A stretch of 64,000 bases of DNA from a virus. Lineage: Duplodnaviria; Heunggongvirae; Uroviricota; Caudoviricetes. The stretch covers positions 20,407 through 84,406 of IMG/VR virus record IMGVR_UViG_3300038393_003162, one strand, 5' to 3'. The notes under the pieces are model-generated. The model was not told the origin of the DNA. It searched no databases and saw nothing but the letters and a program-made list of their open reading frames with translations. This document shows positions 10,378-20,554 of the stretch, one piece after another. The stretch's first letter is position 1; the number at the start of each line of letters is the position of its first letter. The position numbers and the translations under genes are program-made.

Positions 10378-11058
10378 CTAGATGGTGATCTCGCCGAAGT
10401 GGTAGCTCTCGACCTCGTCCCGCTTCTCCAGGATAGCTTTCACCCGCTCGACATTATCAACAGGGATGTAGAAAAGCACATCCTGATGATTCGCCATTTG
10501 ATATCTGTCATAAGCGGGTTCGCCGATCGCATTGCCGAGAGCGATGGTCTCCTTAACTCCCATATCCTTACTCACAACCACCGTAAGCAAGGACATCGGC
10601 TCTTCCTCATCCTCGTCATCGAGGGAATCAGGAAGAATTGCTCTCACTTCCATGACCGCCCCGTCATCATCCTTGACGAGTTGAAGGTCGGTAACATTGA
10701 CATCGGGCAAGCCGCTCCCTGTGAGCGACAAGACCAAGACGGTATCGCCACCAAGGGGAGAATCCTTGATGGCTTGTTGAATCTTGGCGAGTGCCATATC
10801 CAACGTCACAGGCATTTTGATACTCCTATCTTTCCACCTTGATGTTCGGATACTTCTCGGCTTTGTCAACGACGTTAGTTTGAACACTTTGTAACGATCC
10901 GACACAACCCATGCCGAGATTCCTTGTGATTTCGCCCACTCAGAATCCGCAACCACCTCAAACAGTTTCTTCAGATGTGGGAACGCGACTCCCTTCTCCG
11001 CATCATTGATTGCCGCTTGAAGATCAGAAGGATTGACTTTCTTCATGGGTCTCGACAT
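10378..11058 (-). CDS. Hypothetical protein
   Basis: ORF; start MSRPMK after GAGGG RBS. Confidence 0.65.
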   Translation of the reverse strand: MSRPMKKVNPSDLQAAINDAEKGVAFPHLKKLFEVVADSEWAKSQGISAWVVSDRYKVFKLTSLTKPRSIRTSRWKDRSIKMPVTLDMALAKIQQAIKDSPLGGDTVLVLSLTGSGLPDVNVTDLQLVKDDDGAVMEVRAILPDSLDDEDEEEPMSLLTVVVSKDMGVKETIALGNAIGEPAYDRYQMANHQDVLFYIPVDNVERVKAILEKRDEVESYHFGEITI

Positions 11059-11126
11059 CAATAATTCCCTCAAAAACGTCCATAGGGATGAGTGGGCTTT
11101 CCTCATCCCTATGGGCGTTTCCGGTT

Positions 11127-11381
11127 TTAGTCTAGCCGACGGCTCTCGATGCTTCGATGCTCTCTCTCGATGTCAGACCAGCCCTGACGCACCAAACAAA
11201 TGAGGCACATATCGATCATTCGTTGATCTGGTTCTTGATCCCCCCACGGATTCAGAGCCAAGGTCTCCATGCACTCGAAGTGTCCAGAATCAACCGTGGT
11301 ATAACCTACCTCTGTGATCTGGATAGTGTCGAAGATCGTCGCGTCATTAAAGTTGACAAAATTAATCGAGTACCCCACCAT
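11127..11381 (-). CDS. Small hypothetical protein
   Basis: 84-aa ORF. Confidence 0.45.
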   Translation of the reverse strand: MVGYSINFVNFNDATIFDTIQITEVGYTTVDSGHFECMETLALNPWGDQEPDQRMIDMCLICLVRQGWSDIEREHRSIESRRLD

Positions 11382-11540
11382 CGGCTAAATAGCGAGATTT
11401 GCTTCCCGTTCAGCCAAAACATACTCACCGTTCTTGTCGAACAACATGAACTTAACTCTGTACATTACTGTTCAATCTCCACAAAGAAAGGGATGAGTTG
11501 GCTTTCCTCATCCCTAGAGGGTGTGTCCGGTTGTTGTCAC

Positions 11541-12296
11541 TCAGAGAGCGTCGAAGTCCTGCCCGCCGTTGTGATCGGGCGGAATGTCACGATGACTCGG
11601 ATCATAAGACTCGTCTTCAGGCGAGATCGGATCGGGATACCTCGATCCCGGTCCCCCTTCGACATCCTTATCAGGAAAGTAGAACTGGTCATACGTCATC
11701 GAAACCATCTTCTCCACCCACGCTGCCGCGTTTCGCTTCAAGGCAAGCATGATCATGTCATCATGATTGCCGGGAACCGCATCGCCTTTCAGGTCGAGAC
11801 GATAAGCCAAATCCCGAAGCGACCGTGTGTTCAGCCTCGCCTTGTTCGCGAGATTCGTGACCAATTCCGCCGTGATTGGTCCATTGAACTTGATCTGGAG
11901 CCACCGTCCCCACTTGGGATAGCCTCCCTCGATCCAAGCAAACCGCTCCGCTGGGTTGTTGGGTCCGACCCATGTGTGATCATGGATCTCGTCGGGAGGC
12001 GGCTGAATGTTGTTCTCGTGTCCTTCCTTGAGAAACGGATCGTCTCCGCTCTCGTCGCTGTCCAAGTGCTTCTCCGCACAGTCCTCGCACGCGACCATGT
12101 CGGACATCACATCTTCTTTGACGAAGAAGTTGGGAACCCAATACTGTTCCTCAGCTTCCGACTGCTCTACCTGCTTGTTACAGAAACAGCAGGTCACGAT
12201 TGGGTCATTGTCCCACTCATCCAGAATGTTGGCTAGCGCACTCAATTCCCCTGTTACACGATTGAGTGCCGTCATCAGTCGCTCACGCAATTTCAT
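11541..12296 (-). CDS. Zn-ribbon hypothetical protein, paralog of 12410-13147
   Basis: CCFC...CEDC; shared IQPPxDEIxDxTWVGPNxPAERxAWIEGxYPKWG block. Confidence 0.75.
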   Translation of the reverse strand: MKLRERLMTALNRVTGELSALANILDEWDNDPIVTCCFCNKQVEQSEAEEQYWVPNFFVKEDVMSDMVACEDCAEKHLDSDESGDDPFLKEGHENNIQPPPDEIHDHTWVGPNNPAERFAWIEGGYPKWGRWLQIKFNGPITAELVTNLANKARLNTRSLRDLAYRLDLKGDAVPGNHDDMIMLALKRNAAAWVEKMVSMTYDQFYFPDKDVEGGPGSRYPDPISPEDESYDPSHRDIPPDHNGGQDFDAL

Positions 12297-12409
12297 GGCT
12301 CTTTGGTCTCACTTAGAGGTAAGGTTGTTCCACCACTCAGGGCGTATCCGGTTTTTAGCAAGTAAAAGAAACAGAGGGGGAATATATTCCCCCTCGTTCC
12401 TGTGGTCAC

Positions 12410-13147
12410 TTACTTGCCGACACCGTAGTATTGGTCATAGGTCAGCGACAGAACCGAGTCGAGGTGATCCGACGGGTTCTGTTTCAAGGCACGAATGATC
12501 ATGTCCTCGAAATCGCCCGGAACGTTCTCACCCTTCAAACCGAGACGGTAAGCCAGGTCTTTAAGAGAGACGACGTTCTTTTTCGCCTTCTCCATCAGCC
12601 CCTTGACCAATTCCTCCGTAATTGGACCGCTGAACTTGATCCGGAGCCACTGTCCCCACTTGGGATAGTTCCCCTCGATCCAGGCAAGCCGCTCAGCCGG
12701 ATCGTTAGGTCCAACCCACGTCGAATCGTAGATCTCATCCCGAGGCGGCTGAATCTCGTCCTCGTGTCCTGCCTTCAGGAAAAATCCCGCAGCCCCGAGA
12801 TACTGGATGTGTTCACTGGCACAACTCCCGCATGACGCCAAGCCCGCCCTGGTCTCGGGAGCGACGTAGAAATCCGAAAGCCATTCTTCCTGATGTGACT
12901 CAACCAATGTCGCCGTGCGACAGCAGAAACAGCACGACACGAGCGGCTGCTCTTCCGGAATCCCCTTCTCGATCACTTTGGTCAAGTTGCTGATGGCGGG
13001 GTCGAAATGTCCCAGCAAGACAACCCCCGACGCGATCACCGTCAAAGGCGACGGCTTGACGTGTTCCGACTCCGACAACCGAGCGATCATTGCCCTCTTC
13101 GCCCGATCCGTCGCCTCTCTGATTTGTTGGTTTCTTGTCTTTTCCAC
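12410..13147 (-). CDS. Zn-ribbon hypothetical protein, paralog of 11541-12296
   Basis: CCFCC...CGSC; same C-terminal domain; probable GTG start. Confidence 0.75.
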   Translation of the reverse strand: MEKTRNQQIREATDRAKRAMIARLSESEHVKPSPLTVIASGVVLLGHFDPAISNLTKVIEKGIPEEQPLVSCCFCCRTATLVESHQEEWLSDFYVAPETRAGLASCGSCASEHIQYLGAAGFFLKAGHEDEIQPPRDEIYDSTWVGPNDPAERLAWIEGNYPKWGQWLRIKFSGPITEELVKGLMEKAKKNVVSLKDLAYRLGLKGENVPGDFEDMIIRALKQNPSDHLDSVLSLTYDQYYGVGK

Positions 13148-13203
13148 GTGCGTTGAACTCCCTAAGGTGAACTTAATCTCACCCCTAAAGGATGTATCCG
13201 GGT

Positions 13204-13656
13204 TTAGGACTGGTCCTTCTCGATCGCGACCAATTCCCGCAACTGAACCCGCATTCCCTCGCACTGCTCTCGAAGAGTCACGGGATCAATTCCCCCGAGC
13301 CGTTTACGATTCCGACTCTCGTTGTCAATCATATAACTAATGATGTTGTATTTAGATCCAGTCCCCATATCCAATTTCGTCAACACCATCCACACGCTCG
13401 ACACGCTCAGACGACCCCCGCCCATCGCATGCTTGGCAGGCGGAACGTAAGCAGGATTCTTGATGATGCCAAGCCACTTCTCAGTCTCTTGTTCAAGCTC
13501 CTGGATAAGTGGATCATCCTTCCCCAACAACAACCCAGCCGCGTTGACCAACGACCCTATCAGAGTCGGATCGGATGAGTCCAGACGTTTCCGGATCTCA
13601 GCGACGATCTTGGCTTCAAGCTTCTTCACCTTCTCAGGCTTTTGTCCCTTGCTCAT
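13204..13656 (-). CDS. Hypothetical protein
   Basis: 150-aa ORF with GGGGAG RBS. Confidence 0.7.
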   Translation of the reverse strand: MSKGQKPEKVKKLEAKIVAEIRKRLDSSDPTLIGSLVNAAGLLLGKDDPLIQELEQETEKWLGIIKNPAYVPPAKHAMGGGRLSVSSVWMVLTKLDMGTGSKYNIISYMIDNESRNRKRLGGIDPVTLREQCEGMRVQLRELVAIEKDQS

Positions 13657-13856
13657 CGTATCTCCCCTTGTGTTGACTTTACTTCACCACGCAGGGCGTA
13701 TCCGGTTATTGGTCGCTTCAACCCAACACTACCTGTAACCTTGTTCATCTCGTCAAGTTTGCTCTCAACCGTCACGTTTACCTGTATCTCCCAACGCGGG
13801 CGGGTCGCCTGACACCCACAAGCACATACACACATACACAAAATAAACAATCTCAT
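13653..13856 (-). CDS. Small putative lipoprotein
   Basis: MRLFILCMCVCACGC lipobox-like N-terminus; GGAGG RBS. Confidence 0.45.
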   Translation of the reverse strand: MRLFILCMCVCACGCQATRPRWEIQVNVTVESKLDEMNKVTGSVGLKRPITGYALRGEVKSTQGEIR

Positions 13857-13918
13857 ATCTGTTCCTCCATGAAAAAAGGGGAGTGAGAATGTTCTCACTC
13901 CCCTTGATGTCGATCCGA

Positions 13919-15139
13919 TTACTTGCCGTTGCGAGCCGGGATCGAGGTCTGGTTCGCTCGCACCAACTTGTGAAGCGACTCGAAGTCGGCTTCATCGTTG
14001 AGCAGTCCGTTCTCCTTCAGGAAGACGAACATGGTTTTCTGCGAGTCCCTCACAAGCTTGTACAAGATACGTTCAAGCTCTTTTTCGCCCGTCTTCTCGC
14101 CCGTGAGGAACTTCTTCGTCAGAGTCGTGCAGAACTCCCGAACCGCAACGAATTCGCCAGGACTGATCATGTTCTCAGCCCACTTGCGAACCATCTTGGT
14201 CGACACCTGCATCCGGGGGTTGGTGCCGTTCCCCTCGCCCTCTTTCTTACCCTTGCCTTTGCCTTTGCCTTTGCCGCCGCCCTTGCCGGAACCCGAAGAG
14301 CCGTTGGTCTCCCCCTCGTCTCCCTCGTCTCCCGAATCCCCGTTATCTCCCTCGTCGCCATTCTCGTCGAACGGGGAATTGTCGTCTTCGTTGTCGTCGT
14401 CGGTGTCCATGTCCTCGGTCGCATCGGCGAGACGGAACTTGATCAGTTCCAGCGTCACCTTCTTGCCCTCACGGATCATGCCGTAGAACTCCTCCTGGAG
14501 TGACTCCGACAATTCCGTGATCTTAGCACAGACACGCCACGAAAGCTTATTGGGGGCGTTCTTGGCAGGAACCCGAGCGAGTCGCTCCTGAATGTCGCTC
14601 GGGCATTCCAGAAGCTTCGCGTACTGGCTCACCACCGATTGGTCGTAGCCGATGATCTCTGTGGCGATCTGCTTGGACGTCATCCCGCACACGTCCCGAG
14701 CATACTTGATGAGCCCCGCGTAGTCCATCGCGGTCATCGGCTCGCGGTCGAGGTTCTCACCCTTGTTGTACTTCAGCCGGTCAATGTTGTTCCCTTTCGG
14801 GACCAAATTAACCTTTAACTTGAAGTCGGGCTCATGGACGTGGATAACCTTGCCGTCCTCATCCGTATAATCGAACCCGTTGACGATCAGCATCCCCGCC
14901 GCGTGACGATTGAAACCCGCAACCACATCTAGGCTTTTGTCGGGAAGCCGCGTAACGTCGATCGGATCGCGGTTGCCCTCGATCGACATCCGATATGCGA
15001 GCTTCGGAACCCACTGATCCTCCGGGTCCACACCCGCCGAAAACCACCGTGAGTGGTTGTTCTTCGGATCAGCCGAAATGTGAAGCGGGGACACCATCGT
15101 GATCGACTTCACATCGATGACATTCGGGTCTTTCGCCAT
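13919..15139 (-). CDS. ParB/Spo0J-like protein with HTH and an acidic/Gly-Lys linker
   Basis: GNRDPIDV...VVAGFNRHAA (ParB GxxRxxA box), ENLDREPMTAMDYA, HTH MTSKQIA...QSVVSQY. Confidence 0.75.
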   Translation of the reverse strand: MAKDPNVIDVKSITMVSPLHISADPKNNHSRWFSAGVDPEDQWVPKLAYRMSIEGNRDPIDVTRLPDKSLDVVAGFNRHAAGMLIVNGFDYTDEDGKVIHVHEPDFKLKVNLVPKGNNIDRLKYNKGENLDREPMTAMDYAGLIKYARDVCGMTSKQIATEIIGYDQSVVSQYAKLLECPSDIQERLARVPAKNAPNKLSWRVCAKITELSESLQEEFYGMIREGKKVTLELIKFRLADATEDMDTDDDNEDDNSPFDENGDEGDNGDSGDEGDEGETNGSSGSGKGGGKGKGKGKGKKEGEGNGTNPRMQVSTKMVRKWAENMISPGEFVAVREFCTTLTKKFLTGEKTGEKELERILYKLVRDSQKTMFVFLKENGLLNDEADFESLHKLVRANQTSIPARNGK

Positions 15140-15377
15140 GATCAAACCTCTCTCACTTGAAAATGTGTTCAGAACTCGTTTGTCGCGTCAGTCTCGTTTC
15201 CGACACCCCGAAGGATGTATCCGGGTTTTCTTGACCGATCCGATGGGCTTATTCTAGACTCGCCCATTCCAATCCGTCAACCAATTTCTTCACAATCGGT
15301 CACATTTTTTCCTGGTAGTGTACACTCGTTCCTAACATTGTACACTACCAGGAAACGTAACCGCATTGACAAAATAC

Positions 15378-15965
15378 CTAGGGCTTGCTTCTCAACCCGC
15401 CCTCGTACAGTATCCGATGGATCGCACGCCAAACCATGTCGTCCTCGATGTTGCCGCCCCCATCAGCTTCCGCCCACGAGACAATCAACTCCATCAACTC
15501 GTTTTTCTTCTCCCGGAGTAACCGATTTGCCGCCTCACGGTTACCCTTGCGAAGACGCTTGATGATCTCCTGTCCCGTAAGATAAACAGACGTCCGAGGA
15601 TAGCTCTCCGCGTCATACACGTAATCACGACTCAAGTCCAACCGCCCGACCACCGCACCATCCTTGCCATCCTTGAAGAGATCCGACGATGCCGCCTTGC
15701 AGGTCGACTCCACCATCGGCCAGGCGTTCAACTCGATCAGAGGGAACACGTCATCCTTCCAAACCGAAGTCCACGGCAACCTCTCACACATCTTCAGGAA
15801 ATCCGCCCGCGACGGTGGACGGCTGAAGTTAAAGACGGACGGGCGGTAATACGCCGGGTTCGTCTCAATGTCAGACGGATAGCCCGCAATCTCCAGCGGC
15901 TGCACCCCCGCCTCGACCGCCCGTGACCAATCACTAACCTTCAACACCCAAATCTCTGTCCTCAT
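15378..15965 (-). CDS. Hypothetical protein
   Basis: 195-aa ORF. Confidence 0.7.
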   Translation of the reverse strand: MRTEIWVLKVSDWSRAVEAGVQPLEIAGYPSDIETNPAYYRPSVFNFSRPPSRADFLKMCERLPWTSVWKDDVFPLIELNAWPMVESTCKAASSDLFKDGKDGAVVGRLDLSRDYVYDAESYPRTSVYLTGQEIIKRLRKGNREAANRLLREKKNELMELIVSWAEADGGGNIEDDMVWRAIHRILYEGGLRSKP

Positions 15966-16032
15966 CAGATTGTTCCCCCTTATGATTTGGTCATCTCTTC
16001 ATCACTAAGGATGTGTCCGGCTATTACTCAAA

Positions 16033-16338
16033 TCAGAGCGACAATGCCAAGCCCGTCTCTTCGCTGATGATCCGATGAAGATCGCTCACGAACACACCAG
16101 CAACCGACTTCTCGGAGAGCCTGAAGCCAGGCGCACGACCAATTTTGTAAAACGTCACCGTGTACGGATCGTCTGGCGTCAACTCCACCTTGATCTTCTT
16201 CCACTGCCGACAACCACGAATGTTGAAGACCAAAGCGTTCGTGTCGGCAATGTAATCCGTCGTCCCCATCATCACAAACGCCTTATGACCAATCTGATCC
16301 TTGATCGTCTGAGCAACCCTGTGCTTAGTCAGCGTCAT
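16033..16338 (-). CDS. Conserved phage hypothetical protein
   Basis: ORF; start MTLTK after GAGG. Confidence 0.65.
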   Translation of the reverse strand: MTLTKHRVAQTIKDQIGHKAFVMMGTTDYIADTNALVFNIRGCRQWKKIKVELTPDDPYTVTFYKIGRAPGFRLSEKSVAGVFVSDLHRIISEETGLALSL

Positions 16339-16500
16339 TGGCAACACCTCAGATGAAGAGTGTTCGGTCTTACACCCCAAAGGGTGAATCCGGTTTTAAT
16401 CTCGCTCTAAAATTATAAAAAAACCGGATCAGCAAACCATAAAGGTCTACCGATCCGGTTCATTGAATTGATATGATGTGATGCCGGAATGCTCAGAAGA

Positions 16501-17130
16501 TCAGGCTTGAACCAAGCTGTTCTTCACGTTCCCGCGACCCTTCTTGGGAGCGGGAATCGCTTCGGTCTTGGACGCCTGACCCTTCTTGACGACCACGGAT
16601 ACCGGAGCGTCAACCTTGCGTGGTCGTCCAGGTCCCCGCTTCGTGACAGCCACGGACACCGGAGCGTCAACCTTACGAGGACGACCCACCGGACGCTTCG
16701 CCTCGTCAGACGGTCGCGTGTCGAACACTATCCAGCCGTTGCGTCCCTTCCTCGCGTCCACCTTGTGAGGGAAGTGGAGGTTGACGAGCTCCGGATATGC
16801 CCGGAAAAACTTCGTGACCGAGGCACGAAGCCGACGCTCGCTGTTGCCGTGCCGCCCGAGAATCAACCCCTGGTCGGAATCCGCCACGTCCTTCCGAATC
16901 CCCACCTGTCCCGTACTGGCATCGAAGCCAAGACGGATCTTATCCCCCCAGGCTAACCCGAACTTCTCCAACGCCACCGCACCGAAGATCAGCATGTAAC
17001 CGGGGCGATCCGGCTTGCCCGTCTTGATGAACTGGACCCACGGTCCGCGCCGACCCTCGCCCGACGGAGCCGACTTGCCATTGGTCTTCGTCGCACCCGT
17101 CGCTTTCTTCTCGTACAACTCGAAAGCCAT
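16501..17130 (-). CDS. Basic DNA-binding protein with two AT-hooks
   Basis: Duplicated RPVGRPRKVDAPVSV / RGPGRPRKVDAPVSV. Confidence 0.75.
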   Translation of the reverse strand: MAFELYEKKATGATKTNGKSAPSGEGRRGPWVQFIKTGKPDRPGYMLIFGAVALEKFGLAWGDKIRLGFDASTGQVGIRKDVADSDQGLILGRHGNSERRLRASVTKFFRAYPELVNLHFPHKVDARKGRNGWIVFDTRPSDEAKRPVGRPRKVDAPVSVAVTKRGPGRPRKVDAPVSVVVKKGQASKTEAIPAPKKGRGNVKNSLVQA

Positions 17131-17368
17131 CGGAACACCTTCTTTCTGTGATGAACTGGTTGAATGCCCCTCACAACTACGGCAAAGGGCGTGTCCGGTT
17201 TTTGGTCTTGATGACCTTGTTCTTGAAACCTAGCCGACAAATCATCTCTTCGGCTAGACGCGGCTCACAACAAGCAAGTCCTGTGCCCGTCCACGATCAC
17301 GATGACAAAATAATTTCAGGCACCACACCCTCTATACGGACAAGACCCGGATCAGGTTCAGACAATTC

Positions 17369-17740
17369 TCAGAGAATCGTCAAAATTCGATCCGAGTTGA
17401 ACCGGAGAAATCTCCCCGACCCGTCATACTCCGCATAGTAGCCACGATGACATGTGGGACAATAAATATGGCATCGCTTCAACTCCCCCTTAACCATCGC
17501 ATGCCATACCGTAGCGTCACGCTCGCACCGGACCTGAACGACTAACAAGTCGCTAACCTCGTAGGTCGCCACCGTCGTTGGATTGCCAGGTGATCGCCCC
17601 TTGATCGCTTCTCCCTTCCCTAAGTCCTTATCAGACATAGGATAAGGCATGCTGATTGTCTCCAAAATCTCTCCCGTCGATATCTGACGGACCAGCATGT
17701 TCGGTTTCAGTGTCACTGATTCGACACGCTTTTTCATCAC
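17369..17740 (-). CDS. Hypothetical Zn-binding protein
   Basis: 123-aa ORF with CPTC. Confidence 0.55.
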   Translation of the reverse strand: MMKKRVESVTLKPNMLVRQISTGEILETISMPYPMSDKDLGKGEAIKGRSPGNPTTVATYEVSDLLVVQVRCERDATVWHAMVKGELKRCHIYCPTCHRGYYAEYDGSGRFLRFNSDRILTIL

Positions 17741-17993
17741 GCCCCCTTTCAGAAACGACCGTTCTTATGCCTTAATAATAAGCGTTACGTTGCGGCAGAG
17801 TCAACAGAATAATTCAAAGTCGTTAAAGTTTCTATTTCGAACACCTACTACTACAGCAGTAAAATCCTGACATGTTTACCATAAACAACATTTATTGTGT
17901 TACGATCCCTCAAAAGCCCTCGCTGCCATTCAAGAATTCTCCGTAAATGAGCCGAAAAGCAACGATTTGCTCATTTACGGAGAATTCCCCTGC

Positions 17994-18317
17994 TCACCCC
18001 TTCACAGAAACATGCTCTCCTGTGATCGTATGACCAGAGTGAACAACCGCTTCAAGCGTGTCCACAATGCAGGTCATCCCGTAACAATTCAACTCGCCCC
18101 CACTCGCTACATGAGAAGCAACCTTCAAGAAATCGCCCTGTAGCCGTTCCGCCTCTTCCAGGTCCCCATGAACGACAACTACCGCCTTAGCCATCATCTT
18201 CAATGCCGTAGCCGTCGGGTCGTCCAACGAACCGAAGACCCGAATAACAATCTGGTAACGACGCTGTTTGTCGTACAGCTTGCCGCTTGCTGTCCGATCC
18301 CGAGCGAACATGTTCAT
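17994..18317 (-). CDS. Hypothetical protein
   Basis: 107-aa ORF with GGAG RBS. Confidence 0.6.
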   Translation of the reverse strand: MNMFARDRTASGKLYDKQRRYQIVIRVFGSLDDPTATALKMMAKAVVVVHGDLEEAERLQGDFLKVASHVASGGELNCYGMTCIVDTLEAVVHSGHTITGEHVSVKG

Positions 18318-18383
18318 TCTGTTAACTCCATCCCTTTGAGCGTGGGAGATACACTTTCCACGCTCAAAGGGTGCGTCCTGTCA

Positions 18384-19796
18384 TTAACCGTTGAACGACT
18401 CTTCCATCAGCATGCCCGAAACACGAAAGCTGAAGTCCTGTAGGTCGCGTGTACAGTCCCCCGACTTCGTGATCGCATGGCTGAACTCTTCCAGCACGAC
18501 CTTGATGAACAGGTAGCCGGTCGACTCCAACGTGTCACGGGACAGCCCCACCGTATCCCGCCGATGATCGTAGTAGCCGCCTACAACCCGTCCAGCGTCC
18601 ATCACATCGGCATAGCCTTCCAAGACAGGCATCGCACGCCCCCGAGTCAAGCCCAGCCGCTCCAGACACTTCCACACCCGCTGGCACTTCTCCAGGTGCT
18701 TGGCGGTCAAGTCCACCTTCACCCGACCCAATGCCTCGAAATGATCCAAGACATCGATCGCCGTCTTCACGCCCATAGACGCCAGAGTCTCGTGAAGCTC
18801 CGAAGAGACGACAACAGCCGTATGCCCCTTCATCTCCACCGCATCCACGAAACGGCTCTCCTCGCAGCACACCGCCTGCTCGCCGAATACCTCCTTCCAT
18901 GCTTGGAGCCACCGCTGCGACACCTCAACCCCATCCGTATCGTATGAGCGAATCTTCATATAATACGAATCAAGTTCCATCTCGTAGGCGTTCAGGTCCC
19001 CTCCCGGTCTCAGGTTCCGGAGATACTCGACCAAAATCGAAACCGGAGCGTTCCGGATCGCACGACCAATCACCTCGCGAGAATCGCTCTCGCTGATGAT
19101 CCGTGCCTCGTTCAGATGGATCTCGTTCAGGTTGTAGTCGAACAGCGACCGACTCCCGAACTCCCCAACCAAAACACCCTTGCGATAGACTCGCGCCGGT
19201 GTCCCGTCGATCCGCTTCGGCATGATCGGCTCGGACGGCTCCCAATCGCGATTGAACATGAGGAAATGCTTGGCGAGCTCGTTGTAGTACGCTTGGACGG
19301 CTGACGTTCCCTCAATGTAGATCCGCGTGACATCCTTCTTCGCCCGAATCTCTTCCTCTTCCACCCACGTAACCTTGGCATTCTTCGTGTCGATCCCCTG
19401 AATCACGCAACCGTCGATCGCGTTCGACACGAACTCGCGAACCGCCATCCCGACATCGGTCCAGTCGATCGCACCGAACCCCATGTCAAAACCCAACGGC
19501 TTCGACTTCCGCCCAGATCCCGAAATCTGCTTCATGACCACTTCGTTGACGGAAACCCGACGCCCCGCCGCATCCTTCGTTGCTCGTGAGTCCGTCTCGA
19601 ACTCGAACCCGTCATTCCCAAGGTAAACCCGGAACTCGACGCCCTTCCTCAAAAGAAGAGCAATCGAGAACTTGAACCCACTCCCGAACTGTCCAATCAG
19701 GCTCTCGTTGCCACGTGCCGCCGACGCTCCAACAATCGTCAACAGTTCCGTGCCAACGACGCCGGGATTCTCGATGAGAAGGTACGTCTTGCTCAT
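18384..19796 (-). CDS. GHKL-type ATPase with permuted motif order and a C-terminal zincin-like EExxH
   Basis: IENPG, IGQFGSGFK, then REFVSNAID; C-terminal VLEEFSHA. Confidence 0.7.
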   Translation of the reverse strand: MSKTYLLIENPGVVGTELLTIVGASAARGNESLIGQFGSGFKFSIALLLRKGVEFRVYLGNDGFEFETDSRATKDAAGRRVSVNEVVMKQISGSGRKSKPLGFDMGFGAIDWTDVGMAVREFVSNAIDGCVIQGIDTKNAKVTWVEEEEIRAKKDVTRIYIEGTSAVQAYYNELAKHFLMFNRDWEPSEPIMPKRIDGTPARVYRKGVLVGEFGSRSLFDYNLNEIHLNEARIISESDSREVIGRAIRNAPVSILVEYLRNLRPGGDLNAYEMELDSYYMKIRSYDTDGVEVSQRWLQAWKEVFGEQAVCCEESRFVDAVEMKGHTAVVVSSELHETLASMGVKTAIDVLDHFEALGRVKVDLTAKHLEKCQRVWKCLERLGLTRGRAMPVLEGYADVMDAGRVVGGYYDHRRDTVGLSRDTLESTGYLFIKVVLEEFSHAITKSGDCTRDLQDFSFRVSGMLMEESFNG

Positions 19797-19859
19797 GGGG
19801 ATCTCGCTTTCCTGGGGTGAGAGAATGTCTATCCGTCGCTACTCAGGGCGAATCCGGTT

Positions 19860-20117
19860 TTAATCACCAAACCACCACATCGCATGATATCGGCAATAAA
19901 CCCGGTTCTGAAGACTATCGATCAATCGGTCGTATCCATGGCGTGTGCCATCCGTCTGCAGTGACATGTCCGTATACAAAATATCTCGACTTAATGGCAT
20001 CTCGCAGAATCGACAACATACTTCCCTCTTTAAGAGGATGTCGTCGATCCTTTGAAGCCCATAGCCGTTGACGATCTCTCGCCACTTGGTCTTGTCTCCT
20101 CCCCTGTTCTTCACCAT
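19860..20117 (-). CDS. Small Cys/His-rich protein
   Basis: CCRFC...YCRYH; GGAGG RBS. Confidence 0.55.
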   Translation of the reverse strand: MVKNRGGDKTKWREIVNGYGLQRIDDILLKREVCCRFCEMPLSRDILYTDMSLQTDGTRHGYDRLIDSLQNRVYCRYHAMWWFGD

Positions 20118-20278
20118 CGCTCATCCGCCCTCCATCTAATGCCTACCTCGCCTCAAAGGGTGAATCCGGTTTTTGCCCGGCATTTTAAAAAATAAAAATG
20201 CGGTTGCGGTCCATTGTGCCACAACGACACACGGACCGCAACCGCATAATAACCGCCTACAGGATTGACAAAATATCT

Positions 20279-20554
20279 TCAGTACGTCCCCATAATCACA
20301 GCAACAGCCGCCTTGTTCTGCCTCGGGTGGTCGTTCGGATCGATGAAGTACATGTCGAGCAGGTAAATCACCCCGTCTGACAAGAGGTTATAACCCCTTT
20401 TCTTGAACGCCAGCCTGGTCTCATAGCACCACGCCCTTATACTGTCCGGCGTCACCTTCCCCGTCAGCTTGACCGGAGGCAGCCCGTCCGGTATCCTAAT
20501 GTCCCTAAGCTTCCTCTCTTGCTGCGGCTCCTTCTGCGACCGTTCCTTTGCCAT
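20279..20554 (-). CDS. Hypothetical protein
   Basis: ORF; start MAKER after AGGAG. Confidence 0.6.
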   Translation of the reverse strand: MAKERSQKEPQQERKLRDIRIPDGLPPVKLTGKVTPDSIRAWCYETRLAFKKRGYNLLSDGVIYLLDMYFIDPNDHPRQNKAAVAVIMGTY

